64,000 nucleotides of DNA. Origin: an uncultured Desulfobacteraceae bacterium (GTDB lineage: Bacteria > Desulfobacterota > DSM-4660 > Desulfatiglandales > HGW-15). The stretch covers positions 1,416 through 65,415 of the forward strand of contig CAZFMX010000005.1 of assembly GCA_964520425.1 (NCBI GenBank). Direction: 5' to 3'. The notes beneath the pieces are model-generated. The model worked only from the letters and a program-made list of their open reading frames with translations, was not told the origin of the DNA and did no database searches. Shown here in pieces: positions 48,208 through 58,956 of the stretch. Each line of letters starts with the position of its first letter. Positions within the stretch are counted from its first letter, which is position 1. Position numbers and translations under genes: made by a program.

Positions 48208-49968
48208 TTATTCCATCCGGAAATACACCTGGCCTAAAACCAATGTCCCCTTCTTTACCTGGACGGGATGATGGCTATCCCCTTCCAAGGCACACAATGC
48301 CCTGAGTTCCTTCACTTCACCAGGCTTTAGAAGATGCTCATTGATTTTCAGGCGGATGTCGGTCTCACTATATAAATTCGTCTCTATTGCTTCCAGGCAT
48401 ATCCGACTATCCATGGATAGGGACACCATATCCTCCGACCTCAGGTAAACGTGACGGTGATCGTCTATCTTAAGAACCATATAATCCATTTTGGGAGGGA
48501 CAAGCCTGACGACCATCCGGCCCAAAACACGATCGTTCTCTGAAGCGATGATTTCGTAGAGTTCCCCCTTATTGTCCAAAGAGTATCTCGTGAGGAGACC
48601 TGCCTCCGTGTGAATGAGATAACCCCGGTCTTCGCCTGTGTTGTTCTTGAGATTGCCGACAAATCCCTTGAAATTGATCGTGACCCCTGATGAGTCCGTC
48701 GGAGAGGGAAGAATATCCACAATCTTAAGAGCATCTCCCCTGACCAGATCAAGGGTCTCTCCATCAGCCACGAGAACGCGATACCCCTTTATTTCAATCA
48801 CAAAAAACTCCACCCTTCTGGTCCGGGTTGGTTGTCTGTCTTGCCCCAGCCTGCTCTCAGATATTCTAACCGGGATTTCGGCAAAGACATCATTGTCCTT
48901 TCTCACAAGGATACTTGTATCTTCCAAAATGACAAACTCTCGGCGATAATCGTTCAGATCGCCGTGTCCAAGGATATCGAGGCTTAGTCCCCTTTCGTAA
49001 TTCGATTCGATATGGGAGATCTGAATGGCGTCACCAGCCTTCACTCGCAGGGTTTGATTTTGCTTGACCACGATGGGGATTTGCCCGTTGAGGGAAACCA
49101 CCAGGTAGTTCAGGACGGGGGGCTCCAGTTCGAGCCCTGGGGATTCAGGGATAATTCCGAAGATCTCCTTGAATGCATTGATAATGAGGTTATGATATCG
49201 CACCTTGAGATCAATGGAGGGAAGGAACTTTGATGTTTCAACCCCAAAGGCGGGGATATAGTGGTTAGTGAGGGCGTAATATGTGGCCGAATTCCGCTGT
49301 TCACGGTGTAGGCTGTCTTCGTCCTCTGTTCTTGTATTCATGAAATGGAATTTGTGAAGATCGTTTTGAATATGGGGATTGACCTGACTGATGACCTTTT
49401 TGGCCATCTCCTCCAGCTTGATGACGGTGTCAGTCCCCGGAATCTTGTATTCCGCACAATCGGCGATGACGGACTGGCCAAAGCGGGTTGGATTTCGCCA
49501 TTTGTCAATGTATTCGGGGTAATAATACCCTGATCCGTCATGGAGGTTCAGAAGATAATCACTTTCATTGATCAGCTCTTTCAGCTTGGTCACAATCTTG
49601 TCTTCCATGCTGCTGGACGTATCCTCAGGGCTGAATTTTCTGTTCATATCGCCGTTAGGGCCCCTTTGATTGAGGATAATTGAGTAGAAATTGGCCCTCG
49701 GAACCACAATGAGATTTCCTTTTTGAAGGCTCATGTCGGCATAGAGGTCGGCGGAGAGGAATCCTCCCGGCTCATTCCCCTGTATCCCTCCTATGAGCAT
49801 CAAGGTCTTTCCAGGTTCTTTTCCATAAATCCTGTATATGTTCAGCTCATAGGCCGTGTTGGGGAAATAGATAAGGTGCTCTCTCTTGGAGAAGGCCTGA
49901 GAGGGAAAAACGCATTGGAATAACAGGATCATCCAGAGGCAAAGAAGAGAGACTCTTCTACCAGGCAT
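48208..49968 (-). CDS. M14-like peptidoglycan carboxypeptidase (Csd4/Pgp1-like), exported
   Basis: Signal peptide MPGRRVSLLCLWMILLFQ. GGIQGNEPGG has Gln where M14 enzymes usually have His. NLHDG. Long C-terminal beta-rich region. Start moved to ATG 49968. Confidence 0.55.
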   Translation of the reverse strand: MPGRRVSLLCLWMILLFQCVFPSQAFSKREHLIYFPNTAYELNIYRIYGKEPGKTLMLIGGIQGNEPGGFLSADLYADMSLQKGNLIVVPRANFYSIILNQRGPNGDMNRKFSPEDTSSSMEDKIVTKLKELINESDYLLNLHDGSGYYYPEYIDKWRNPTRFGQSVIADCAEYKIPGTDTVIKLEEMAKKVISQVNPHIQNDLHKFHFMNTRTEDEDSLHREQRNSATYYALTNHYIPAFGVETSKFLPSIDLKVRYHNLIINAFKEIFGIIPESPGLELEPPVLNYLVVSLNGQIPIVVKQNQTLRVKAGDAIQISHIESNYERGLSLDILGHGDLNDYRREFVILEDTSILVRKDNDVFAEIPVRISESRLGQDRQPTRTRRVEFFVIEIKGYRVLVADGETLDLVRGDALKIVDILPSPTDSSGVTINFKGFVGNLKNNTGEDRGYLIHTEAGLLTRYSLDNKGELYEIIASENDRVLGRMVVRLVPPKMDYMVLKIDDHRHVYLRSEDMVSLSMDSRICLEAIETNLYSETDIRLKINEHLLKPGEVKELRALCALEGDSHHPVQVKKGTLVLGQVYFRME

Positions 49969-49994
49969 GGAACCTAGCCCCTTCAAGCCCGGCA

Positions 49995-51329
49995 CTAATC
50001 CGTTTGTATCGGCTGCCATTCCTCTTCCTTGATCCTCCAATCCTGCCCTTTCTTGACAACAACCAAATTCTTAATACCGTAGTCCTGATACGCATCGGCC
50101 TCATATATCTGTTTAAACCTAACCTTTGCCTCTCGAGTAGAGGCAGGCAAGATTTCCAGGTCCGTGATCACTATGTTTATAGAACGATATTTTCGGTTCA
50201 GTTTTTCTCTGTGCATCCTCCACGTACGCAGGTCCATTCCGCGGGAGGTAAATCCCGTGTCGTAGCACAGGATATATCCCTCGAGATCTTTTTCTTCCCA
50301 GGCAACTTGCCAAGCCAAAATGAATCTTCTAATTTCTTCCTGGGTGGAGAAGTATGAGTCCTTGGGTGGTCCCCACCTGAGCGCCTTCTTTTCGAAAAAC
50401 TCCCCTACGATTTTCCACTCCTTACTGTTCTGTTGGAGATAAAGGCGTTTTTCACCTTCGCTCTGAAGCCTCTCGGTCTGATAGCGTTGGTCAAACTTGG
50501 CCAGAATGGTGTTTCCATCCTTAAGCAGCCAAAGATTCTCAATGTCCACCATAATCTGCTTATAACTTCTGGCAAGCCGAGCCTTGTATTCTTTGTACTG
50601 GTTCCAGTCTCTTCCTCCCAAGATAAAGCGTGGATTGTAAAACGACATGTATTGGTCGACCATCTTACCTTGCCAGGCCCTTCGCCAGGTCTCGATGATC
50701 TCCAATAACTCTCCTTTTTCCTTTTCCTGTTGGCTCCGTTCCACCATCTCGATCCGGGAGCATATAACGGCAGGCGTATCATGCAATGTGACGAAAGAAG
50801 CAAGGTCCTCGATATTGTGGTTCTCCAGGACGATACACCCATTTGAATCATTGGGTTTTAGAGGTTTGTCCGTTCCATGAAACCAGATCCCGTACCCCCC
50901 GTTTCCCTTTTTCTCGTCCATGGGATTGGGGTAATCGATGGGGAAGGCCCTGACTCCGTATATGGGAGAAAGATCCTTCTCGAGATATGAATGAATGAAA
51001 AAATAGATGCCTTCAGGCGTTTTCTTGTCGTTTTGTCTCACCTTTGGGCCGTCATTCTCCCCTGTGGAACACTTGTAGGTCCTGATGGGTCTTGAGAGAT
51101 CCTTCCATTGATACACAAAGGTCTTCTGGATGGATTTATCCACAAGGACCACATACTCAGAGCCTTTCGCCGGTCGATACAATAGTGGCGATGGAATCAG
51201 CTCCGCCTCGAATGCCGATTGCCTTGAGGAATCAGCCCCACAGGGGTAGGTCCGCAACAGGAAAATAGAGAGGATTAGAGTGAACAGCGGTGGCCCTAGT
51301 TTGGATGAGGTTATGAAACGTATTTTCAT
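49995..51329 (-). CDS. L,D-transpeptidase (YkuD) with two C-terminal SnoaL/NTF2-like repeats
   Basis: GYGIWFHGTDKPLKPNDSNGCIVLEN (H...SxGC), then two repeats of ...W..AWQ.K....Y...Y. Start ATG 51329 (signal peptide MKIRFITSSKLGPPLF...). Confidence 0.8.
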   Translation of the reverse strand: MKIRFITSSKLGPPLFTLILSIFLLRTYPCGADSSRQSAFEAELIPSPLLYRPAKGSEYVVLVDKSIQKTFVYQWKDLSRPIRTYKCSTGENDGPKVRQNDKKTPEGIYFFIHSYLEKDLSPIYGVRAFPIDYPNPMDEKKGNGGYGIWFHGTDKPLKPNDSNGCIVLENHNIEDLASFVTLHDTPAVICSRIEMVERSQQEKEKGELLEIIETWRRAWQGKMVDQYMSFYNPRFILGGRDWNQYKEYKARLARSYKQIMVDIENLWLLKDGNTILAKFDQRYQTERLQSEGEKRLYLQQNSKEWKIVGEFFEKKALRWGPPKDSYFSTQEEIRRFILAWQVAWEEKDLEGYILCYDTGFTSRGMDLRTWRMHREKLNRKYRSINIVITDLEILPASTREAKVRFKQIYEADAYQDYGIKNLVVVKKGQDWRIKEEEWQPIQTD

Positions 51330-51360
51330 TACTTGTCGCACCCTTGCTTCTCTCTTCTTT

Positions 51361-51417
51361 CTTAATCTTTACACCTTACATCCTATTCTTTACACCGTAC
51401 ACCGTATACCTTGTACA
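51361..51417. repeat. heptamer micro-repeat array upstream of the L,D-transpeptidase gene
   Basis: Minus strand TGTACAA GGTATAC GGTGTAC GGTGTAA AGAATAG GATGTAA GGTGTAA. Confidence 0.6.
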
Positions 51418-51423
51418 TTTCCT

Positions 51424-52716
51424 TTACCCAAACACCCTCTTGAAAATATCATCCACGTGTTTGAGATGGTAATCCAAGTCAAAGACATCTTCCACCTCTT
51501 GCGCGGACACATGTTCCATGAGTTCTTTATCTTCCAGGAGAAGGGTCTTGAAATCTTTTCCCATATCCCAAACCTTTAAGGCATTCCGTTGAACCATCTC
51601 ATAGGCCGTATCCCGTTTCAGCCCTAGATCGGTCAACCGAATGAGGACTCTCTGAGAAAAGATCAGCCCCTTGAGTTTGTTCAGATTCTCAAGCATCCTT
51701 TTGGGATGAATCCCAAGATTTTCGATGATCCCAGTGAGGCGCCGCAGCATGTAATCTGCGAGGATGGTACTGTCAGGTCCAATGACCCTCTCCACTGAGG
51801 AATGGCTGATATCCCTTTCATGCCAGAGTGCCATATTTTCCATGGCAGCCAGGGAATTGGTTCTAACCAGACGGGCAAGACCTGAAATGTTTTCCGACCC
51901 AATGGGATTCTTCTTGTGGGGCATGGCCGAAGAACCCTTCTGTCCTTTTGCAAAGGATTCCTCCGCTTCAAGAACCTCTGTCCTCTGCAGATGGCGAATC
52001 TCAACCGCAATCTTCTCCATGGTCCCTGCCAGGATGGCCAGAGCAGAGAAATACTCAGCGTGGCGATCGCGTTGTGTAATTTGAGTGGATACTTCTGCGG
52101 GCTTCAGACCCAGTTTCTCACAAACATAGGCTTCAATCTTCGGAGAGATATTGGCAAAAGTCCCCACAGCCCCGGAAAGCTTTCCGTAACTGATCACCTC
52201 AAGGGCATTTTCCAGCCTCTTGAGATTGCGTTTCATCTCCATATACCAGACGGCCAGCTTGAGTCCGAATGTAATGGGCTCAGCGTGAATGCCATGGGAT
52301 CGCCCAATCATGACAGTATATTTGTGCTCATGGGCCCTCTCTTTGATGACTTCCATAAACGTCTTTACATCATCAATGATGACGGTCATGGCCTCCTTAA
52401 GCAAGAGAGCAAAACTGGTGTCCAGGATGTCCGAAGAGGTCAATCCCTGGTGGATAAACCGCGAATCCGGTCCCACGTATTCCGCCACATTGTTGAGAAA
52501 GGCGATCACGTCATGCTTTGTCTCTTCCTCGATTTCCAGGATTCGCTCTACGGAGAAATTCGCCTTCTCCTTGATGTTGGCGAGCGCTTCCTTGGGGATT
52601 TGGCCCTCCTCGGACATGGCCTCGCAGGCCATGACCTCCACTTGAAGCCACTTGGCAAATCGATTCTCGTCTTCCCAAATTCGTCCCATCTCGGGGCGGG
52701 TGTATCGGCTAATCAT
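51424..52716 (-). CDS. purB: adenylosuccinate lyase
   Basis: MISRYTRPEMGRIWEDENRF...SSAMPHKKNP signature. Confidence 0.95.
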   Translation of the reverse strand: MISRYTRPEMGRIWEDENRFAKWLQVEVMACEAMSEEGQIPKEALANIKEKANFSVERILEIEEETKHDVIAFLNNVAEYVGPDSRFIHQGLTSSDILDTSFALLLKEAMTVIIDDVKTFMEVIKERAHEHKYTVMIGRSHGIHAEPITFGLKLAVWYMEMKRNLKRLENALEVISYGKLSGAVGTFANISPKIEAYVCEKLGLKPAEVSTQITQRDRHAEYFSALAILAGTMEKIAVEIRHLQRTEVLEAEESFAKGQKGSSAMPHKKNPIGSENISGLARLVRTNSLAAMENMALWHERDISHSSVERVIGPDSTILADYMLRRLTGIIENLGIHPKRMLENLNKLKGLIFSQRVLIRLTDLGLKRDTAYEMVQRNALKVWDMGKDFKTLLLEDKELMEHVSAQEVEDVFDLDYHLKHVDDIFKRVFG

Positions 52717-53011
52717 AATAAATCCCTCTTTTTCTGTAATTTGTTATGTTCCTTCATAATGAAAGGGCTTTTTAGTATAAAACGATATAAAATTATATAT
52801 AATTGACAACAAATTATGCACATAAACAAGCCCTTTATCAAGAAAAATGAGCCTTGTTTCGGTTTTTCACCCCCTTGACAGAAGCGAGATCATAACGGGT
52901 TCTAATCTTTAAAACCTCATTCAAGTCACGAAAAGGATATACAGACTAGCCGTGGTAATGTAAATAAGGTTCTTCTCCCACATAGTAAGTCTCTGGGAAG
53001 ATGCGCCATAA

Positions 53012-53246
53012 CTAATGTCGTGTCTCAGAATTATCTTGAATATTGAGTACCCACTGCACAGATTCAAAGGGGACATGGAACTGGTTAAAATGATGGAAAA
53101 TATTTCTGGGACACGACGCTAGGAGAATGGTGATGAGGTCTTTTCATCACCATTCCCTCGATGTGAAACTGAAAAGAGATCCCCATGTCCCCAACGTGTC
53201 ATAGAACCAGCTAAAATGATGAAAGCTATTTCTGAGACATGACACG
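53012..53246. repeat. family-A repeat cluster (one left end, two right ends, plus hairpin module)
   Basis: CTAA+TGTCGTGTCTCAGAATTATCTTGAATATTGAGTACC ... ATATTTCTGGGACACGACG+CTAG (53122). Then GAATGGTGATGA..TCATCACCATTC hairpin. Then ...CTATTTCTGAGACATGACAC (53246). Confidence 0.75.
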
Positions 53247-53279
53247 AGTTACTCGCATTCGAAAAAGGGGATATATCTG

Positions 53280-53942
53280 ATGCCGGAGACAGCTGAAGTG
53301 AAGGCGATACTGCTTGATTTTGGGGGCGTTGTGGCTGAAGAAGGATTCAAAGAGGGTCTTCGTACCATCGCCCTAGACCATGGGCTGGATCCCGACACCG
53401 TCATATCTACTGCTTTCGAAATCACCTACGACATCGGGTTCGTCCTGGGTAAAGTAAGGGAAGACGCGTTCTGGAGGGCGATGAGAAATCGTTTTCCTTT
53501 CAGGGAAAGAGATCCAGATTTAACCGAACAGATCCTTTCACGGTTTACCCTTCGCCCCTGGATACTCGATATGGTCTCCGACCTGAAGGCTCTCGGTGTG
53601 GTGGTGGGGATCTTGAGTGATCAATGCCACTGGTTGGACGAACTGGACCAAAGACACGGCTTCTTCAAACGCTTTGACTACATATTCAACTCCTATCATC
53701 TGCACATTTCAAAAAAGGACCCTGAGATTTTCGACATGGTTTCTCAAAGGCTTCACATCGATCCCGCGAACATCCTGTTTGTTGACGATCATGAAGCCCA
53801 TATTGCCAGGGCAAGACAAAAAGGCCTTCAGGCCATCCTCTATGAAGACAAGGCTTCGTTTATTCAACAATTGGCTGGAATCGTTTGCGGCATCCTGGAA
53901 ATCAAGACCTGCCTGCCATCTCTGGCAGGTGGTGGATCGTGA
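53280..53942 (+). CDS. HAD-superfamily hydrolase
   Basis: AILLDFGGVV (motif I) and FVDDHEAHIARARQKG (motif IV). Confidence 0.75.
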   Translation: MPETAEVKAILLDFGGVVAEEGFKEGLRTIALDHGLDPDTVISTAFEITYDIGFVLGKVREDAFWRAMRNRFPFRERDPDLTEQILSRFTLRPWILDMVSDLKALGVVVGILSDQCHWLDELDQRHGFFKRFDYIFNSYHLHISKKDPEIFDMVSQRLHIDPANILFVDDHEAHIARARQKGLQAILYEDKASFIQQLAGIVCGILEIKTCLPSLAGGGS

Positions 53943-54014
53943 AGGTCACGATTTATTTTGGTCTTGTTGAGTATAGTGTTGGGCACTAAGGGAAAAGAAA
54001 GGAGATATAAAAGA

Positions 54015-54587
54015 TCATTTTTCTAGACAAACAATCCGAAGCAACCGCTTCATTATAGCACCGATTTTGGTATCCATCTTATGGATGAATTCCTTGTCGG
54101 TGCATCGGATAAGCTTAGGTCTTAGATATAAAATAAGCCTCGCGGCCATTTCTGCCGCACCTGCCGTCAAATGGGTACACTGTTGGAAGTGGGCTTGTCG
54201 ATCATGGCGGAAACTTCGAGAGAGTGCTCTACAGCAAGTCGCGCCATAAGTGGCTTTAAACGCATCGTGTAGTTGCCTGGCACTTTTACGCATGCGTTGT
54301 CGGTTATGGTAGGGTTGATCGTCTCCTATAAATAGACCGCACGCCAAAACGGCGCCGCTCAAAGCGCCGCATATACAACCGCTCTCTCCCAGCGCCATGC
54401 TGAACGGTGCTGCAACAGCAACGGCCTGAGCGTCACTCAGGCTGCCGTTAAAAGCCTTGTTTAAGGTTACTACAACCGCTTCAGTGCATAGCAACTGGCC
54501 GGTTTGAAATAGATTTCCTGCGCGGTTTTTAATCTGCGCGATTATCATCTCCGTCTGAGGATTATGATTGTTCCACCACTTTGACAT
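54015..54587 (-). CDS. C_GCAxxG_C_C family protein
   Basis: LLCTEAVV...GESGCICGALSGAVLACG...CCRAL...C signature cysteines. Confidence 0.8.
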   Translation of the reverse strand: MSKWWNNHNPQTEMIIAQIKNRAGNLFQTGQLLCTEAVVVTLNKAFNGSLSDAQAVAVAAPFSMALGESGCICGALSGAVLACGLFIGDDQPYHNRQRMRKSARQLHDAFKATYGATCCRALSRSFRHDRQAHFQQCTHLTAGAAEMAARLILYLRPKLIRCTDKEFIHKMDTKIGAIMKRLLRIVCLEK

Positions 54588-54688
54588 AGGTATAACCAGA
54601 CTAATTTCAGGCGTTCCTCGAGCCGTTCAACAACGGGGGCTGCATGTGACCGATGGTTCAGGTCCGAAAACGGCTGTCTTTATCCATT

Positions 54689-55711
54689 TTAGTAAATATA
54701 CATATTACTGATCCTCTTGACCGAGCGGCCGCCGGTATTGTCTTCGGGGACCACCATCATGGCAAAGGCCTCCTCAGGCCCCAGATTCTGCTCTTCCTTC
54801 TTAAATGCGACAATAATATTATTTTCTAACCGTGAATTGAAAAGCTCTCCTATAGAAAATGTGGCGCAGAATCCGTTTTTGCTGGAAACAGCGATATATC
54901 TGTCATACTGGTGGGGGAACTCGATAACCTGTAGTTTTTCCAGCAAAGCGGGAAAAGAAACTCCCTCATAGGAATAAACTCCGTGAAAGCCTTCGCAATC
55001 ACCCACCTGTACCTTGCTCCGGATCTTTATTAACGGAAGGTCGATAAGATTTTCCATTGTGACGCTACGGGTTTGTCCTATGCGTTTATCCATAATTTCA
55101 AAGGAGGAAGTCGGTGGCTGAATGATGTTTTTCTTCCTTTCTTCATATACTTTCATTTCAATATCAGCCCTCTCCACAATTATTTCGCTTACCGAATGAA
55201 TCTGCCGCCCGTTCCGGAGGTCAGTGGAGACGATCAATTCGAGACGATTCTCCTGTGGACCGAATATTTTTCCGTTTTTACGATATGCCAACAACGTACT
55301 TCTGCCGATACTTGAGTAGAAAATTTCGCCGAAGGAAAAAGCCACTTCTTCATGTTCAGTACCGAGTACCCTGATGTAAACGGCGGGCTCGAATTTTCTT
55401 TTGTACTTCATACCAGCTTTTTCGAGTATGTCACGCAGCAGGACACCCGCATAATCGGCCACTTCAATCAGCTCTTCATCTTCCGATGGATTCTGTTTTT
55501 CCTTCAAGACAGGAACCGCGTTGATATGGAATTCAGGGAATGACTGTATGTCATTAATGCTGAGATTGAGAGTCTTTTTCACGGCGCCTTGAACAGAAAT
55601 CGTTTTCTGAAACGCATTATTTTTCATGTTGCATTTTGCCAGAAAGAATAACAGAACAAAGGTGAGTAAAATAAAAAGTAGTCGATTATTTCGTATAAAA
55701 AAAAGATGCAT
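54689..55711 (-). CDS. exported protein with two YedY/sulfite-oxidase-like (molybdopterin-oxidoreductase-fold-like) repeats; function unknown
   Basis: Signal peptide. Two repeats resemble Oxidored_molyb layout (V.G.VKKTLNLSINDIQSFP...GVLLRDILEKAG...LLAYRKNG...LELIVS). By-eye similarity only. Confidence 0.45.
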   Translation of the reverse strand: MHLFFIRNNRLLFILLTFVLLFFLAKCNMKNNAFQKTISVQGAVKKTLNLSINDIQSFPEFHINAVPVLKEKQNPSEDEELIEVADYAGVLLRDILEKAGMKYKRKFEPAVYIRVLGTEHEEVAFSFGEIFYSSIGRSTLLAYRKNGKIFGPQENRLELIVSTDLRNGRQIHSVSEIIVERADIEMKVYEERKKNIIQPPTSSFEIMDKRIGQTRSVTMENLIDLPLIKIRSKVQVGDCEGFHGVYSYEGVSFPALLEKLQVIEFPHQYDRYIAVSSKNGFCATFSIGELFNSRLENNIIVAFKKEEQNLGPEEAFAMMVVPEDNTGGRSVKRISNMYIY

Positions 55712-55795
55712 GGTCGTATTTCCTCCCTCTAAAGGATTGTGTTTTTTCCGTTAAAAGGTTATTGTCCTCTAATAAGCAAAAGGGATTTTTCATGA

Positions 55796-57943
55796 TTAAA
55801 GGGTCAATTTGATTCCGAACCAGGCCCTGATGCCCGGTGCGGGAAATAAATAAAGCTCCTGATAATCTTCATTGAAAATATTTTCGACAGCACCGAATAT
55901 CTGGTAATGGTCTTTGAAATTGTAGGTGATTTTAGTATTCAGCAAAAAAAAGTCGTCAAGGCTTTTCTTTACTGCAACAAAATGGGTATTATCTGCCGGA
56001 TCCGCATGGTCGTAGTAGACCTGATCCGATACCAGACTTCCGTTCAGGCTGATTTTCAATCCGCAATCGAAGGATTGCGTCAAATCAAAATTGAATTTGT
56101 GTCTGGGACGGTAAGGAATCTCATCCGGTTTATAGATCAGATCGTCGGCAAGATATTCCGATTCAACCATGACCGTCGAACCATCATTTTCCGCCGTCAA
56201 GTAAGTGTAGCTGATCCCGGCGGTCAGGTTTGCCGTAAGTTGTGCCGACAAATTTAACTCCATGCCGTTAAGATTGGCATCCGCATATTGTTCGAAGCGT
56301 CCGATCTCGTTGTCAAAAAAAATCAAATCTTCCACATCGTTATAAAACAATGAGCCTTCAAATTTTAACTTTTCGTTGATCCACCATTGGCTGCCTAGTT
56401 CATAGCTGATGGTTTTTTCTTCCTTCATATCAGGATCTCCCTTCGGGCCGATCACCCCATCGGCGTAAAGATTCCGCATGGTGGGGAATCGGATTTTCCT
56501 GCCAACGGAGGCATAGAAGTTAAGGGCATCCGAGTAGTCATAATTGATTCCTGCTTGGGGATTAAAGGAATGGATATCATCTCCTTTTTCCGTACCGGAG
56601 GCCTGATCACGGTCAATTTGCGCAAAAGTATCATAGCTCGCCCCTACAGTCAGTGAGAGGCTGTCGGTGATATCGACAACATCCTCCAGTGCCGCCGAGT
56701 AGGTATGGGAAATGAGTTTTTCATATTCCGGAGCGGAAGAAGCAAATGCATACTCGGATTTGTGTACATCCTTTTTAAAACTGTATCCCAGACGGACATG
56801 ATGGTTCTGAACCCGATCCCAGAAGACGTATAAATTGCCGCCGATATTGTAGTCGTCATATTCCGAATCAAATGAAGGCGCACCGGCAGTGCGAAGCTGG
56901 CTGCTGTAAGTATCGTCATCATAGGCATTAAGGGCGCTCTTATAGTCATCGTAAAAGATTCTTCCTTTGAACCTGAGTTTATCGGTCAATTCATATTCAT
57001 CGGTGATATTGACCGTATAACGCTTCCAGTCGTCAAACCGCCAGTAGCGGGGGTACCAGTAGGCGGTTCCGCCTGCTCTTCTCGTCTCGCGATATATGGC
57101 ACCCGGGGCAATGCCATATTCATTTGTATAGTATTCCATTGAAATTCCCAGGGCATTTTTACCGGTGACGTCCCAATTCGCGGTGAAAGTGATCGCATCA
57201 CGAGAATAATCGGTGTTTTCCCGAAGCCCTGAATCCGTTTTCAAAGGTGTATGGGGTATCGGACTCGGCGCAACGGCCATGGAAGCAAGAATCTCCGGCG
57301 CAAGGGTGAAATCCTTGGCAAGCCTGAATCCGTCGGATTCTTTGTGGCTGACTCCAAAAAAATAGCTCAGGTTACCGACCTTTTGCCCATGGGTAATCGC
57401 GATATGGTGGGTGTTGTAGTCACTTATTTCATAAGATAATGCAGCCTCCGGTCTATCTCCGCCTTTCCGAGTGATGATGTTAATCACCCCGCCCATGGAA
57501 TTGGGCCCGTACAAACTCGAAGACAGCCCCTTTATGACTTTGATTTTGGCAATATTCTGAACCGGTATATCAGTCAAATTCACCAACCCTTCATAGGGCT
57601 GATAAATAGGCATGCCGTCGAGGAGAATGAGTACCTTGTCCTGCTCAAAACCGCGGACACTGGCATAGGATTCCTGCTTGGCCCGACCCTGTCGGAAGTA
57701 TATTCCGGGCAGCAGTTTCAAGGCATCCCCCAGGTTCGAAGCATTATACTTTTCAATATCTGCAGCGGTGACTTCCGAAATCGTTGTGGGGCTTTCCTTG
57801 ACGATCTGATCAGCGGTAATGATTACCTCTCCCAATGTATATTCATAATCGTTTTCCCCATTATCTTTTGCCTGAACGGCCGTCGTGAGAATCAGGCATA
57901 AACCAAAAAAAACAATAAACGCTGCAACGATACAAAAATGCAT
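55796..57943 (-). CDS. TonB-dependent outer-membrane receptor
   Basis: Signal peptide MHFCIVAAFIVFFGLCLILTTAVQA, plug (LGEVIITAD...NIAKIKVIKG), beta-barrel. Longer ORF-track start 58102 is unlikely. Confidence 0.85.
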   Translation of the reverse strand: MHFCIVAAFIVFFGLCLILTTAVQAKDNGENDYEYTLGEVIITADQIVKESPTTISEVTAADIEKYNASNLGDALKLLPGIYFRQGRAKQESYASVRGFEQDKVLILLDGMPIYQPYEGLVNLTDIPVQNIAKIKVIKGLSSSLYGPNSMGGVINIITRKGGDRPEAALSYEISDYNTHHIAITHGQKVGNLSYFFGVSHKESDGFRLAKDFTLAPEILASMAVAPSPIPHTPLKTDSGLRENTDYSRDAITFTANWDVTGKNALGISMEYYTNEYGIAPGAIYRETRRAGGTAYWYPRYWRFDDWKRYTVNITDEYELTDKLRFKGRIFYDDYKSALNAYDDDTYSSQLRTAGAPSFDSEYDDYNIGGNLYVFWDRVQNHHVRLGYSFKKDVHKSEYAFASSAPEYEKLISHTYSAALEDVVDITDSLSLTVGASYDTFAQIDRDQASGTEKGDDIHSFNPQAGINYDYSDALNFYASVGRKIRFPTMRNLYADGVIGPKGDPDMKEEKTISYELGSQWWINEKLKFEGSLFYNDVEDLIFFDNEIGRFEQYADANLNGMELNLSAQLTANLTAGISYTYLTAENDGSTVMVESEYLADDLIYKPDEIPYRPRHKFNFDLTQSFDCGLKISLNGSLVSDQVYYDHADPADNTHFVAVKKSLDDFFLLNTKITYNFKDHYQIFGAVENIFNEDYQELYLFPAPGIRAWFGIKLTL

Positions 57944-58923
57944 GATGCAGCGCAGCTTCACGAGGGGGGTATTGGGCACATCATTATTTAAGTTGAAATG
58001 AAAACGGCGCCTCCAATACAGTAGCAAATTACGATAAAGCAAACAGATCATTTCATTCACCTCCATGATTATGCAACCAGAATTGGTTTCTAACAATACC
58101 ATTGACCAAATCCTAAAAACAGATCACTCTTCTAAACTTGCTGGAATTAAAAATCTTTGTTGCATTTTATTTCTCCATTAAACTGATCGTGGTCAGGTTG
58201 TTTAAAATTTCTCTTTTCCATCGAATATTTTGTGCCTTTCTAGGTAGAGATTATTCCCGGATAGCGTTAGACTTATATCGCTAAGTATTACACAGTCCAG
58301 GTAGCGCCATTGTGGCTGCAAATGCACTTAATGAAAAAGTCATAGTCCACTTTCCAAATGGATTTATGTCCGGGAGTGTTTGGACGGCTATCACGGATGC
58401 AAAGGAAACGGACCGCCTAGGTTCGATTAGGTGATGTCAGGTTGGATATGATTTTGGTACATGGTTTTGTCTAACAAACCCGGTTAGGTAAGGATAAGAT
58501 CCCTCAAGTAAAGCCAAAATCATGAATCATGGAAGACCCCTTAGCTACGAAAATAGAGACTTGCCTCAGTACCATAGGAAAAATCGATCTGTCAAACTGG
58601 AAAATATGATATTAAAAGCCGTTATTGTCGGAAATTCCGATAGATTTGAAAATTTACAATTGGACAGGATGTACAGGTAGGTAGTAGCAGTAGTATAACC
58701 GCTATTGAAGAATCTTGCCAATAGTCCTCGGACAGATCTATCCTAATCGATTCCGACTATTTCCAGGTAAAATCTTCAGTCGGTTCCTCAAGGAATTCAG
58801 AAAAGAATCTTTTAAATAGGTGTGGTGTAAATAAAAAATCAGCAAGTTATAGAAATCCATACTTGCTGAAATAACTATTTTTTGTGGCATCCCGCCTGAC
58901 TAGGCGGGATGCCCTGGACTATC

Positions 58924-58956
58924 GAAAAAAGGCCATCTGAATCATCAGATGGCCTT
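58924..58956 (-). terminator. Rho-independent terminator on the minus strand with no annotated gene upstream
   Basis: Minus strand AAGGCCATCTGA-TGAT-TCAGATGGCCTT followed by TTTTCG. 12-bp stem. Confidence 0.5.

Noticed and set aside
57944-58480. A cobalamin riboswitch in the long region upstream of the TonB-dependent receptor.
   Set aside because: Only weak fragments are present on the minus strand (GCCACAATGG, ACTGTGTAA, CCGGGAATAATC). There is no convincing B12 box (GCCACTG core with AGCCnGGAGACCTGCC-type 3' element) or GGGAA/GGTG..AATCC layout. It needs cmscan. Not claimed.
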